A stretch of DNA of 64,000 bases from Sphaerodactylus townsendi (Eukaryota): positions 59,768,001 to 59,832,000 of the forward strand of contig NC_059433.1 in assembly GCF_021028975.2 (NCBI RefSeq). Reading direction: 5' to 3'. The first letter of the stretch is position 1; every line of letters begins with the position of its first letter. A program made the translations under genes and the position numbers. Of the stretch, positions 1 to 11,600 are shown piece by piece. The notes beneath the pieces were generated by a model. It searched no databases. It was not told the DNA's origin and saw nothing but the letters and a program-made list of their open reading frames with translations.

Positions 1-507
1 GGATTTAACTGTCTTTAACCCTGAGGGCACATGTACATCCATCAATAGTTTTTAAAATGAAAAGCTGACTCAAAGGTTATAACTGGAAGTAAAGGAATGC
101 CTAGAGGCTGCTTTATCATTTCCCCTCTTACCATTGTTCTGTTCCAAATCATTCTTCCTACCTAGCTGCTTTTCTCTCAATGAGAAAAGGTTTTCTTCTT
201 GGGGAAGTCGGAAGAAGAAAAGCCACTGCAAGGGGTAATTTTGAGCAGAACCGGAGCAGGAGGGGAAAGTGTTAAGAAGTGCAATGATTGTTGTTTCTTT
301 TGCTTAAAGAGCAAACAATATGTCCTTGCAGCACTTAAGAGTCTTTAATACTAAGTCCTGCACTCAACTCTTATACTGTGTTCCAATATGGATCTGATTG
401 TTTAACCATGCAGTTGAAAATGTTCAATCTTCCTGCATGGGATACTTGGAGTCCCAAATTGTGTTCCATATGCTGTGTTATGTATGGAAACTAACCAGAG
501 ATTACTG

Positions 508-740
508 GGCCCTCTCCGCACTGTAGGATTCGACCTTAGTTCGACGTAGGTCCGACCCAGGTACTCTGCACAGCCATAGCATTCGACTCGTGTCTGTCTC
601 TGCTCCCCCCCCCCCTCACTGTCAAATTTTCGAGCTCGATTGGGAGGTACGACTTTTTGCTGAACTCGGGTTGCACTCAAGCTGAAGCCGGCGGAGTGCG
701 GAATCTCCCTCGCCTCGACTGCCAGGCTAAATGTCTTACT
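508..740. mobile_element. CpG-rich non-autonomous DNA transposon fragment (Harbinger-like end)
   Basis: Begins gggccctctccgcac, resembling the termini of the elements at 2717 and 22561. Confidence 0.4.
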
Positions 741-1592
741 TTCAGCCATACTGTCTGGAAGATTCCAGAAAATCCCCTTTATAAACTGACATTGCCCCTG
801 TAGTCAGCACTGTTTAGTAACAATAAATCATATTTTTCTTGCCCCTTTCACACTGACATTAGAGACAGACTCCTCAGTATATTTTTAACCAAAGGAAAGG
901 ATTTTCTGATGAGTGCAAGATAACGGTATCTTCTATCCAGTCAAAATCCTGTCATAATGAACCAAGTGGCAAAGTTTCTACTGTTGGGTATAAGACTGTG
1001 AGAATCTAAATATTGAGCCCGTGTTTCTATCAGAATCTGTCTAAATGCCAATGAAGGTGTTATTGAAGAAGCACTGTTACTTGTCTTATTATAGACTCTA
1101 ATAAACTGTTGGAAGAATTATTTCCATTCCCTGCCCCCACCCTCATAAAGCATTTCATTTGGTCTTCAGTGGAAAAGGAAAGTAGGAGCTGTCCCATAAT
1201 ACAGAAAAAGAAAAGGAGATGATGCATATTTATTTATATCTCAGAGTTAAACTGGGTATAATTGTTCTTTCCCTGGAATAGCAATTTCGTGGCAGGGCTG
1301 AGTATGGGTAACTCAGTTGCCAGTGTGGTAGGGACAACTTGAGGGGAAATGCTGCCCACATTTGTGATTTACTTGTCAAACATTTTAATTATGCAAGTTC
1401 ATAGTTCCCCTTCTGTGAAACTGAGACAGTCCTCAGCATATTATCAGAAAAGATTTTTCAGTGTTCTGCCACTTCTCCAGACAACAGCTTGTGAAGTTGC
1501 TGGGCAAGAGCCCAGATACCAACCTTTAGTTCCATATATACACATTTACACCTGAACCAAATTTGGTATAGTAACAATAAGATATATAGAAT

Positions 1593-1856
1593 AGATCCCC
1601 GTGGCACAGAGTGGTAAGCTGCAGTACTGCAGTCAATGTTCTGTTCCCAACCTGAGTTTGATCCTGGTGGATGTTGGTTTCAGGTAGCCAGCTCAAGGTT
1701 GACTCAGCCTTCCATCCTTCTGAGGTCAGTAAAATGAGTATCCAGTGTAGATGACTGGGGAAGGCAGTGGCAAGCCACCCTTAAAACACAGTCTGCATAG
1801 TATATGTTGTGATGTGATGGGTCACCGTGGGTCAGTAATGACTACCCTTTACCTTT
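1593..1856 (+). mobile_element. Sauria SINE
   Basis: tRNA-like head, diagnostic ggttgactcagccttccatccttc.gaggtc.gtaaaatgagta core, tttaccttt tail. Confidence 0.8.
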
Positions 1857-2716
1857 TTGCTGCTATTGATTTGTAAGCCCTGGTGAAAGATGATACTGCT
1901 TGTCTCACGTGAATATTAAAACAGCCATATAACTAAAGGTGACTACATTTTCCTTTGGATCTAAAGCCATGGATCTAAAACTAGTAGTATATTTGAATAT
2001 TGGGGTACTGTATTTTCTCTCACTTTCTTGTTTTTTTGTTAATCCAGTTGGGAGAGGAAAGTGATTGTGTCTAGTCTCCTACATGTTGGCATTATATCTT
2101 GCCCTCCTCCCATACCAAAATAGTTTACTTGGAAGTAAAAACCTCTGTTTCCAAATAAGCTTCCTTAAAATAGCCATCTAAATAGCATGCAAATGAAGCA
2201 TATATGGAAAAACCTACAAAAGATCAGCTCGCACTATTTTTGAAAACTCCTTTTAGGTCTGCTGATCCCAGCCCATATCTGTATTTCCCATTTCCACGCC
2301 TATACTGCCCCACCCATTTTACCTGGCAGGTTCAAGAAATCCCAAAAGTCAGAATAAACTAACCTGTTGTGTTGGCATTGGCTTGGACTGTGGAACATAA
2401 AGTGGAAGAGCAGGTTAGTCTAGGTCCTGGTTTGCCTTTTTTGCTTTCTTTCTTCACCATGTCCATTGGTTGAGATGGACAGCAGAAGATTGTTATTGTG
2501 TTTTCATGTGTTTCTGTTCCATCCATAACAAATGGCAAGTTCCTGTACTTGCGGCTTGCCTGTGGGCCAGAAGAAATAGTGTTTAGCCTTTCACCTTCCA
2601 TTGGCTTTCAATATTAAAAGATAGACTCCTTGTTTTGTTGTTAGGAAAAATGTGTGTCCTTTAAATAGCTTTCTTTCAGGGACTTCTTGGAAGGCCTGTT
2701 GGATCCTGATCTGCTA

Positions 2717-2856
2717 GGCTCATTCCGCACCTGCAGAATAATGCACTTCAAACTGCTTTCAGTGCTCTTTGAAGCTGTGTGGAATAGCAAAATCCACTTG
2801 CAAACAGTTGTGAAAGTGGTTTGAAAATGCATTATTTTGCATGTGCAGAAGGGGCC
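2717..2856. mobile_element. 140-bp MITE, PIF/Harbinger-like
   Basis: Imperfect TIRs ggctcattccgcac / gtgcagaaggggcc, internal palindromy, cta/tta flanks. Confidence 0.65.
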
Positions 2857-2869
2857 TTAGAGAAACAGG

Positions 2870-3077
2870 AGTAAGGCAAAAAGCATTATTTCAACTACAC
2901 ATTGCAAAGAAGCTTTCTCCTTTCTTGAAGGCACCTGACCTGGCCACTCTGATGTGTCCCATAGTAACCTCAAGACTTTGTTATTGTTACTCATGTTGTG
3001 TGGGACTGTTCATGACCACTGCCTGTAAACTTGAGCTGGTGCAAAATACAGGAGCCTGCTTGATCTTGGAATACTAA
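2870..3077 (+). mobile_element. L2 LINE ORF2 fragment
   Basis: IVTSRLCYCYS..GL..KLELVQN resembles the L2 consensus VTSRLDYCNS..KLQLVQNAAAR. Confidence 0.75.
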
Positions 3078-3171
3078 CAACCAGGAAGATAGTAGGCCAA
3101 TCTTGGCTTCTTTCCTGGCTTCCTGTTTTACTTTTAGGTTGAATTCAGTGTGCTGGTATTTATCTTTTAAA

Positions 3172-3460
3172 GCGTGGTATAGTGGTTAAGGGTGGTAGGC
3201 TCTAATCTGGAGAGCCTGGTTTGATTCCCACGTCACCTCCACGTAAACAGCAGACTAATCTTGTGAACCAGGTTTGTTTTTCCATTTCTTCACATGAAGC
3301 CTGCTGGGTGACCTTGGACAAGTCACAATTGTCTGAGAACTTTCTCAGCTCCACCTGCCTCACAAGGTGTTCATTGTGGGGAGAGGATGGGAGTTTGTAA
3401 GCTACTTTGATACTCTTTGTGGTTGAGAAAAGCACAGTATAAATCCAAACTCTTCTTTTC
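3172..3460 (+). mobile_element. tRNA-derived SINE with (TTC)n tail (Squam3-like)
   Basis: A/B boxes (tggtatagtggttaag; ggtttgattccc), body shared with other copies here, aatccaaactcttctt tail. Confidence 0.8.
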
Positions 3461-3944
3461 CACACATGTGTAGCTCTGCTGTTCCCAATAGGATGGTTTT
3501 GTCATCTACTCCCGGATCCTTGCTGTTACTTGTGCATAGGCTTTGTAGTAGCCACCCTCTAATCTGGAGCAGCCTTTGCAGGAGATGAAGGAGATAGCAG
3601 CTGCCTGGATCATATAACTGAGTTGTTCAGGAAGGCATTTGGGACAGCGTGAGTAGCTGTATTGGAATTAAGGGCAGACCGGACTGATAATATTTTATGG
3701 CTACAGTTTTATGGGTTGAATATTGAGAATGTTGTAGAGATGATATTGATCTCATTAGTTTATGCTTTGGTACTAAATTTATTACTAGTCTGTGCTGGAA
3801 AAGGTGGGCTGGTACCTGAACATTTGCTATAGTTACAGATAATTTAAGAGGAGCTTTATTATTCCTTTCCATGTTCTGAAGTCTGATTAATATTTTTTGA
3901 CATTTGATCATTGTTTACCAAAGTGCTGTGGTATTTCCCCCCAG

Positions 3945-4487
3945 CAGTGACGTACCGCTTATGGGGACATGGGGTAACCCATGTCCCCGGGCGCACATAG
4001 ACCTGGGCGCCAGCACCAGCTCCAGGCGGTAGACCTGGGCGCTGGCATCGACTCCAGGTGGTAGACCTGGATGCCAATGCAAGCTCCAGGCAGTAGACCT
4101 GGACGCCGGTGCAGGCTTCAGGCAGTAAACCTGGATGCCAGCACGGGCTCCAGGTGATACTGTGTTTCCCCAAAAATAAGGCAGTGTCTTATATTAATTT
4201 TTGCTCCCAAAGATGCGCTATGTCTTATTTTCAGGGAATGTCTTATTTTTCTGTGTTCTGTTTGTTGGGCATGCTTCCAAACAAAAACTTTGCTACATCT
4301 TACTTTCGGGGGATGCCTTATATTTCGCTCTTTAGAAAAACCTACGTCTTATTTTCAGGGGATGTCTTATATTTGGGGAAACAGGGTAGACCTGGGCTCT
4401 GGGAGATAGACCTGGGCGCCGGTGGGGTGGGGAGGCAGAAAATTCAGATTTTGTTTCCGGGCTGTATTTTTCCTAGATACGCCTCTG
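3945..4487. mobile_element. Non-autonomous hAT element with an internal 32-bp minisatellite and a nested Tc1/mariner MITE (4160-4386)
   Basis: TIRs cagtgacgta / tacgcctctg; 8-bp TSD ccccccag / cccaccag; nested MITE TIRs ctgtgtttcccc / ggggaaacaggg with TA flanks. Confidence 0.75.
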
Positions 4488-6619
4488 CCCACCAGTGATT
4501 TAAGTGGCTTTCATTCTTGCCTTGTCTCTTCCTTACAGCATGGTTTCCTCTTACTATTTCCAGATCTTTGAGCAGTTTCTAGCCACTGGGAGTTTCACAG
4601 CTCAAACACTAGCTATATTATTCATACAGTCAAGTGCTTTAAAGCCAGCAGGGAATATACCTTAATGTGACTATGAACTTGAAAGAACTGCTGTGATCTA
4701 ACTGTTCATTCCATTTGTAAGTACCGTTACAGTGCTCCAAAGATTTCCATCCTATGCTCTTAGCTATGTTTCAGGGTCTTTAAATGAATCCCAGAAACAT
4801 AAATCTCTTTTTTTTCCCTTATGTGGTACAGAAAACAGAAAACTGGAACTGGATCTGAGTTGCTTGGTTTCAAACATGACCTCTGTCTGGCCTTGAATTG
4901 CCAGGACAATCCATTCATAGCATAATAAATGTACCTTATTGCTCATTTGTTGAAGGGCTGAAGGTTTTTGTCATAATTCTTTAGATTCTCTTCTTTACCA
5001 GAGCCTTATACTGACGTAGCCATCCACAGGGAAACACTACTGTTGTGGTGACATTGCTGGCCGCTGGAGAAAATTTCCCTTGAGAAAATCTCCCTTCTCA
5101 CCACATGATCCTAACTGAGCTTAGAAAGCAACAAGTATGCATGGAATGCAACATGATGGTGCAAGTAGTAATTGCTGTGATGTTGCTGGTATTTGCTATT
5201 GGCACGTGACTTTTTACTTTCACCCCACCCTTATGTTGATGGCACCCAGCTCTGCGTTGGCTTAATTGTGCACTAGAGTGTAGCTGTTTCAGTCTTAATC
5301 CAGCATCTGGAGGCCTCAGTAGGTCTGTCTGTCTGATATGTTTATCTTGTGTTTTCTCCAAAGAGTTCAGAGTGACACTTCCCTATTTTTATTTTCATAA
5401 CAGTCTGTTAATGTAGGTTAAGCTGAGGGATAGTGATTGACCTATAATTATAGGCAACAGCCACAACGGTGATCTTCAATTTGTACATTAGAACTCTCAG
5501 GTGGGTCGCAGAACCCCATTTGCAAGATCATAGAAACGTGTTGCTTTTTATGGCTGATTTTTGGGAGGATCTGCTGATAGTGTGCATGCATAAAAGGATC
5601 AAGAGTGTAACACTGAGTAGTTCTCTTTATGAACATGTTGAAAAGAGCAGTTTAACTGCAAGGTGAGGTGATTCACTAGTTCCTCCTTGGCTCTTACCCA
5701 TGACTCATTCCTCACTATGGTGTATCTTCTGGTCTCAGCTTGTGTTTCTAGTCCCTGGCTATGTTGCCCAGAGTCCCATCTTTGACAGTGATGAAGTCTC
5801 AACTCCACCAGCTCCCTTTCTCCCTGTCATGTGACTGCATGCTTACTGTATAGCAGGTCTTATGCCTCTGCAGAGAGGTCCTTCAGTTTCTTACAGTTTC
5901 AAGTGAAAATGATGTGGCATTAACAAAGCACCATTATTTTCACTGCATTTTGCCTTCTCCCTTTCTCTCTGTTTAAAATTGAACCTGAAGAGCTCTATTT
6001 ACCTCAGAAACCACTTTACTAGTTTATAATTGTCAGTTCTGATAAAGACATACTAATACTGGTCTTGTTTCTATTCATCTAATGAACCAACAAGGTTGCC
6101 TGTATATTTTATATCTTGTGGTTACTCTGGAGTTCACAGAATTGTATGTTCACATACTAATTTAATACTTTTATTAAATTATAGCATTTATACTGCTGTG
6201 TTAATCTGGCTGAGGCCAGGGCCAAAAATACCCTATACCTGGTTGAGGCTATTCAAGTACAGGGCTCTTGATGATTTCCATATGAGTAATATATATAATG
6301 GCTGTCTGAACCTCAAATGAAATAGGAAAATCAGCCACCTTTAACTTTGTTATTAAACAAACATTTTGGTTAGTAAACAGCCTCTTATATGTGTGGATAA
6401 CAATATTCTCTTTCTTTAATTATCCTAATATTGGCAGGCTAGTATAAAAAGGTCCTCCAGTCATTTAAATCTAGTGTTTTTTCCTGCCCCACCCCACCTC
6501 ATGAAGATGCACTGTGTTCAAATAAAGCTGTGTGCTTTTGCTTAAAATTTTTATGGAAGTGTCTTGGTTTTCCTTGCAGAGTTGGTGTGAAGTTTTTCTA
6601 ATTATTGTCTACATTTCAT

Positions 6620-7615
6620 TTATTTATTTATTTATATTTTATTTTATTTATTCATCTATTATTTTATTTATTAGACTTAATAGACTGCCTCTCCCCATTC
6701 GGGCTCGGGGTGGTTTACAACATGATTTAAATACAATAAATAAACATCTATCAACATTAAAACATTCTAGCAATTGAGCAGTTCCAGTAGATTCATGAGG
6801 TAGTTGTCGCATCCTTCGGGGTGTTACACATCAAGGTCCCAATAAGTGAGGGTACAGAAGGAATTAAGAAAAAAAAGGGAAAACAATAAAAAAAGGGGAA
6901 GGGAACAAAAGAAAAAAGGAAAGGGGGGAAAGTGAAAGGGGAGAGGAGCGGGCAGGCCAGTCGGTACCACAGCTGCCTCAACCATGAGGCTGGTGGAACG
7001 TCTCTGTCTTACAGGCCCTGCAGAATTGCATAAGATCCTGCAGGGCCCTGGTCTCACTGGACAGAGTGTTCTACCAGGCCCATGGTGGTGAACCTATGGC
7101 ACTCCAGATGTTCATGGACTACAATTCCCATCAGCCCCTGCCAGCATGATCAATTGGTCATGCTGGCAGAGGTTGATGGGAATTGTAGTCCATGAACATT
7201 TGGAGTGCCATAGGTTCGCCACCACTGTACCAGGCTGAGGCTAGAGCCAAAAATACCCTGTACCTGGTTGAAGTTAATAACACTTCTCTGGGACCAGGGA
7301 CCACCAGTATTTTGCTATTTCCTGATCTCAGTGCTCTTTGGGGAATGTACCAGTAGAGATGATCCCTATGGTAAGCGGGCCCCAGACCTTTAAGGGCTTT
7401 GTATGTAAGTACAAGTACCTTGGACCTGATCCAGTGCTTCACCTAGAGCCAATGTAGCTGGTGGAGCACTGGTTAGAGATGTACCCACCATGGGGTCCCG
7501 GTAAGGATTCTTGCTGCTGCATTCTGGACCAGCTGGAGCTTCCAGAGCTGATGCAAGGGTAGCCCTGTTTAGAGTGTGTTGCAGAAGTCTAATCTGGAGG
7601 TGACTGTTGCATGGA
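6620..7615 (-). mobile_element. L2 LINE 3' fragment interrupted by a MITE
   Basis: Minus-strand VTSRLDFCN..KLQLVQNAAAR..LHWL and KVLVLTYKALKGLGPAY; (TAAA)n-type tail near 6620-6670. Confidence 0.8.
7080..7227. mobile_element. Palindromic 148-bp hAT MITE
   Basis: Near-perfect hairpin with a perfect 8-bp TSD taccaggc; sister copies at 31731 and 45412. Confidence 0.88.
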
Positions 7616-7656
7616 TGCATCCTTTTCTCTCAGTGGTTTAGAGTGGCATATACTGA

Positions 7657-7742
7657 ACATAAGAAAGAACATAAGAACTAGCCTGCTGGATCAGACCACA
7701 GTCCATCTAGTCCAGCACTCTGCTACTCGCAGTGGCCCACCT
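7657..7742 (-). mobile_element. CR1 3' end, heavily 5'-truncated
   Basis: aacataag tail plus sequence nearly identical to 20821-20902. Confidence 0.75.
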
Positions 7743-8570
7743 GTTCTCCACTCTTCCTGTTTATCGTCAGAACAACTCTGTGAGGTAGGTTAGGTGAAAA
7801 GCAATGACTGACCTAAAGTCACTCAGTGAACATGATGGCAGAGTGGGGATTTGAACCCAGGCTTTCCAATTATAGTGTGTCTGACAGTCTGTCCGGGGAC
7901 TCATAATTGCTGCAGTCCTATGTATGCATGCATACTAATGGGCAAGCTCCATTGAAACTCATGTAGCTGACTTCTGAATAAATGTTCAGAGGCACTGCAT
8001 GGTCCTCTCATCTTAGTCACACATTCACTTGGTGGTTTTAGACATGCCACTGTTTTCCTCGGTTCCTTTCCTGCAAAGAAGGGGACCATTATGCTGGCAT
8101 AACTTACATGTCTGTTGTAAGGGTTATTGAGAGATGGATACAGGCATCAGTCTGAACCTGTTGTATGTATAAATGCCAAGAATTTGTAAAATTTTATCTC
8201 TTCTAGACATATTATGATGATAAAAGCTATTTTGATATTAACACGCATTTTATTAAAACACATTGTATGTCCTGCATATGCAGTCTCCAAATTTTACTTG
8301 TATTGTTTTTTACCTTTGAGTGCTCTTCAGTTTTCTTCTTTTTTTCCTCATCTGCCTTATGCAGAGATAGGATCAGCTTTATTTAGCAGAGCTTAACTTA
8401 GGTGGTAAACCAAATAAAAAGGATCATGTTCTGAACTGTCTTCATTTTTTACTTAAGGCATGCATGATGGAATTTAAATTGACCCAAGCAAGGCTGCACA
8501 TTTTGGATCTATACTGCTGACACTTTCTTCATTTTGCTATACTGGGTTCTTTGCCCAAAGAAAACACCCA

Positions 8571-8648
8571 ATGGATTTCAAGGAAAGTTGCCCCAGTGTT
8601 AGCATCCCTAGCTCTGATGAACATAGAGTGAAGAAAAAGAGATTTACA
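8571..8648 (+). CDS. SGK3: SGK3 coding exon 1 ([26 protein letters not shown])
   Basis: ATG at 8571, donor aca|gtaagt; matches recalled human [26 protein letters not shown]. Confidence 0.95.
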
Positions 8649-11600
8649 GTAAGTCTTTAAACATAAACATGTTTGTATCCTTTCATAGTGTGTTGCTATT
8701 GTACTTTGCATGGAACCGGTTGCCAAAGCTAAGGTGTTTGTTGTTGAGTCTTTATACACAGCAGAATAAAAATATGCAACCAACTAGACAATTTTATCAC
8801 ATTTTATATCATTAAAATTTCATGTCAGCATTTGAGATCAAGTATGTGGCTATTATGTACAGTTTGAAATCAGAAAGTTACAACATAGACACATCTTTTA
8901 AAAATCACATTAAACTACACTCTAGGGGACATTTGTCACGATGCTGGGTTTTGTTTTCATGAGTAGAATGTAAATACCTTTGGACTGAGCTCAAGGTTTA
9001 CATCTGTTCTTAGTGGCAGTGGGAAGAAGTCCTCCTTTGTAATCTCTGAAAGGGATAGAACAGTACCTGATAGCAGCCGTAGCAGATGTTATACTTAAAA
9101 TGGCCTGAAGTCCTTTACATACATACATAAAAGGTGTTGGCAAGTGCCTTGACATGAAAGGTGCCCAACTGGCTTATAAATTCCTAAGTCTAGCATGTGC
9201 AGTGTGATGGAGATCCCAGCCTGAGAGTATGCAGTATGCTTTCCAGAACACATTTTTGCTTGCTTAGGCAGGCTGTCATAAATCTTGGACCCAACCAAAA
9301 GTCAATTGCTGAATACACGCAAGGCATCTGCTGCACATTGGGGGCAAATGTGCTTCGCCGCAAGGTTTCTTGTATGGATGTATTTCCTCAAGCCCTGCTT
9401 TCACTTTCTGTTCTCCCTGCCGCAAGTGAGACCACTTCTAGTATGATTTAATTGTGCTTCACAACCAGAGTGGACAGATTTGCTAGTGGGCATAGGTTTG
9501 CTCTGGACCGAAAAAATGGCAAAATATATTTTTAAAATACAAACGTTTCTAGCAGTGGCGTAGGAGGTTAAGAGCTCGTGTAACTAATCTGGAGGAACCA
9601 GGTTTGATTCCCAGCTCTGCCACCTGAGCTGTGGAGGCTTATCTGGGGAATTCAGATTAGCCTATACACTCCAACACACGCCAGCTGGGTGACTTTGGGC
9701 TAGTCACAGCTTCTGGGAGCTCTCTCAGCTCCAAATGAAGCTCAGCTTCATTTTGCTATACTGGGTTCTTTGCCCAAAGAAAACACCCAATGGATTTCAA
9801 GGAAAGTTGCCCCAGTGTTAGCATCCCTAGCTCTGATGTGAAGAAAAAGAAGAAAAGAGTGAAGAAAAAGAGATTTACAATAAGTCTTTAAACATGAGTA
9901 GAATGTAAATACAGGGTGTTTGTTGTGGGGGGGGGGGGGAAGGACAAGGAGATTGTGAGCCCCTTTGAGTCTCCTACAGGAGAGAAAAGGGGGATATAAA
10001 TCCAAACTCTTCTTCTTTTTCTTCTATACTGACTGATACTACATATACATCAGGTTAAGATACACAGTTTGCATGTACTATATGCATAGTGTTTTGTCTT
10101 TCCAAGATGACTTCAGATTGAGAAGTGATGGGAAGTTCAGCCATGAGTGATTTATGTAGTTTCCCCATTGCCAGTGTGTAGTTTCCCCATTCCTTGTGTA
10201 ATTACTGATAAAGCGCAGCAGCAATGAATCTTCCACATGATATGGCAGGACATATCATAGTCACAGGTTTTCGGAGCTCTCTCAGCCCCACCCACCTCAC
10301 AGGGTGTTTGTTGTGAGGGGGGGAAGGGCAAAGAGAATGTAAGCCCCTTTGAGTCTCCTAAAGGAGAGAAAGGGGGGATATAAATCCAAATTCCAACCTC
10401 CTCTTCTTCACATGGCAGGTTTCCCTGCAGTTTATCTGCATCAGATCCCAGCAGTGGCCATCTGCATTCCCTGGGCAACAAGTGAAGCTTTTGCTTTTTA
10501 AAAAATCGGTATTATAATATTGCAATAATATATTATTGGCCAAATACATATGGCAAGGTTCCCGCGATTCAAAGAGTGTTGACCAGGAGACTTTGTTTTG
10601 GAGCATGTTTAGCATTGTTTGTGGCAGGGCAGGCATTACCCATCAGCCGGTTTTTTGCTTTCGTCTGCGGGGGGTGGGGGTGGGGGATGTTTCACAGGTT
10701 CTCTATTGTGTTTATCTTTAAACTTATCAATGGATTTATCTAACAATCTATCAATAGACTGATATATTGACATAAATAAAAGTCTTTGAATACAGAATCT
10801 GTACACTTTGTCTGAACACTGATTGCCTTTTATGGCGGAAAGCAAGGGGGGAATAATGGTGGCATACACACTGCAAAAGGACATCATGAACTACCGTTTG
10901 CTAAGCTCCCCAGGTTCACGATCATCCATCTCTCAATTTGCTGTAAACCCAAGCATCAAGACCGATGGGCTTTTCTCAGTGTGGTGTTTGGATTAATTGA
11001 CTAGTCTTATTTTTTCAGCGTTAGTATCGATTTATCGATTTGTTGATATGGTTATTTATTTTTTTTAAAATCTAAAGATATGCAGAAGGTGGCCATGGGC
11101 AATAGCAATGATATGGCAGGACAAGAAGCAGGAAGTGGTCGGCAACAGGGATTAGGGCGAGGGGAAAGCTTGCAAAGGAGGAAGTGGAGGGTAATACTAG
11201 ATGAGTTGGCTGTGGCCAGAGAGAAGACGTCCAGAGTAGAGTTATGCCCACTGGCACATCTGTCCCTCTCTGGCAGCGAAGCAAAATTAAAATCATACTA
11301 TAAGTGGATTTGCTTGCTGTGGAGAGAATGGAAAGTGAAAGCAGGGCTAGAGAAAATAAGCCCGTACAAGAAAGCTTGCTGTGGCAGACATTCCCCTCTA
11401 CCATGCAGCAAACACCTTGTGCGTAATTGGCCGTTGTTAACAATAGATTTTCCAGCTTTCATTTTGTTAAAAATGATCTCCATCTCCTTCCCTTGCAGGA
11501 AGGAAAAAAGGCATATCTTCACAAAGGAAGGAGCTTGAGTCTTACTTTTTAAAAATGAAAGCTGGGAATTCAGAGCACCTGCTGTACATATTATTACAAT

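Noticed and set aside
3997-4160. Regularly spaced repeats resembling a CRISPR array
   Set aside because: Vertebrate intron; units are wholly homologous with no unique spacers, lie inside a hAT element, and there are no cas genes
9790-9880. The exon copy as a functional mutually exclusive alternative SGK3 start exon
   Set aside because: Donor is AT rather than GT, the likely true acceptor (8457) was not copied, and an in-frame stop follows
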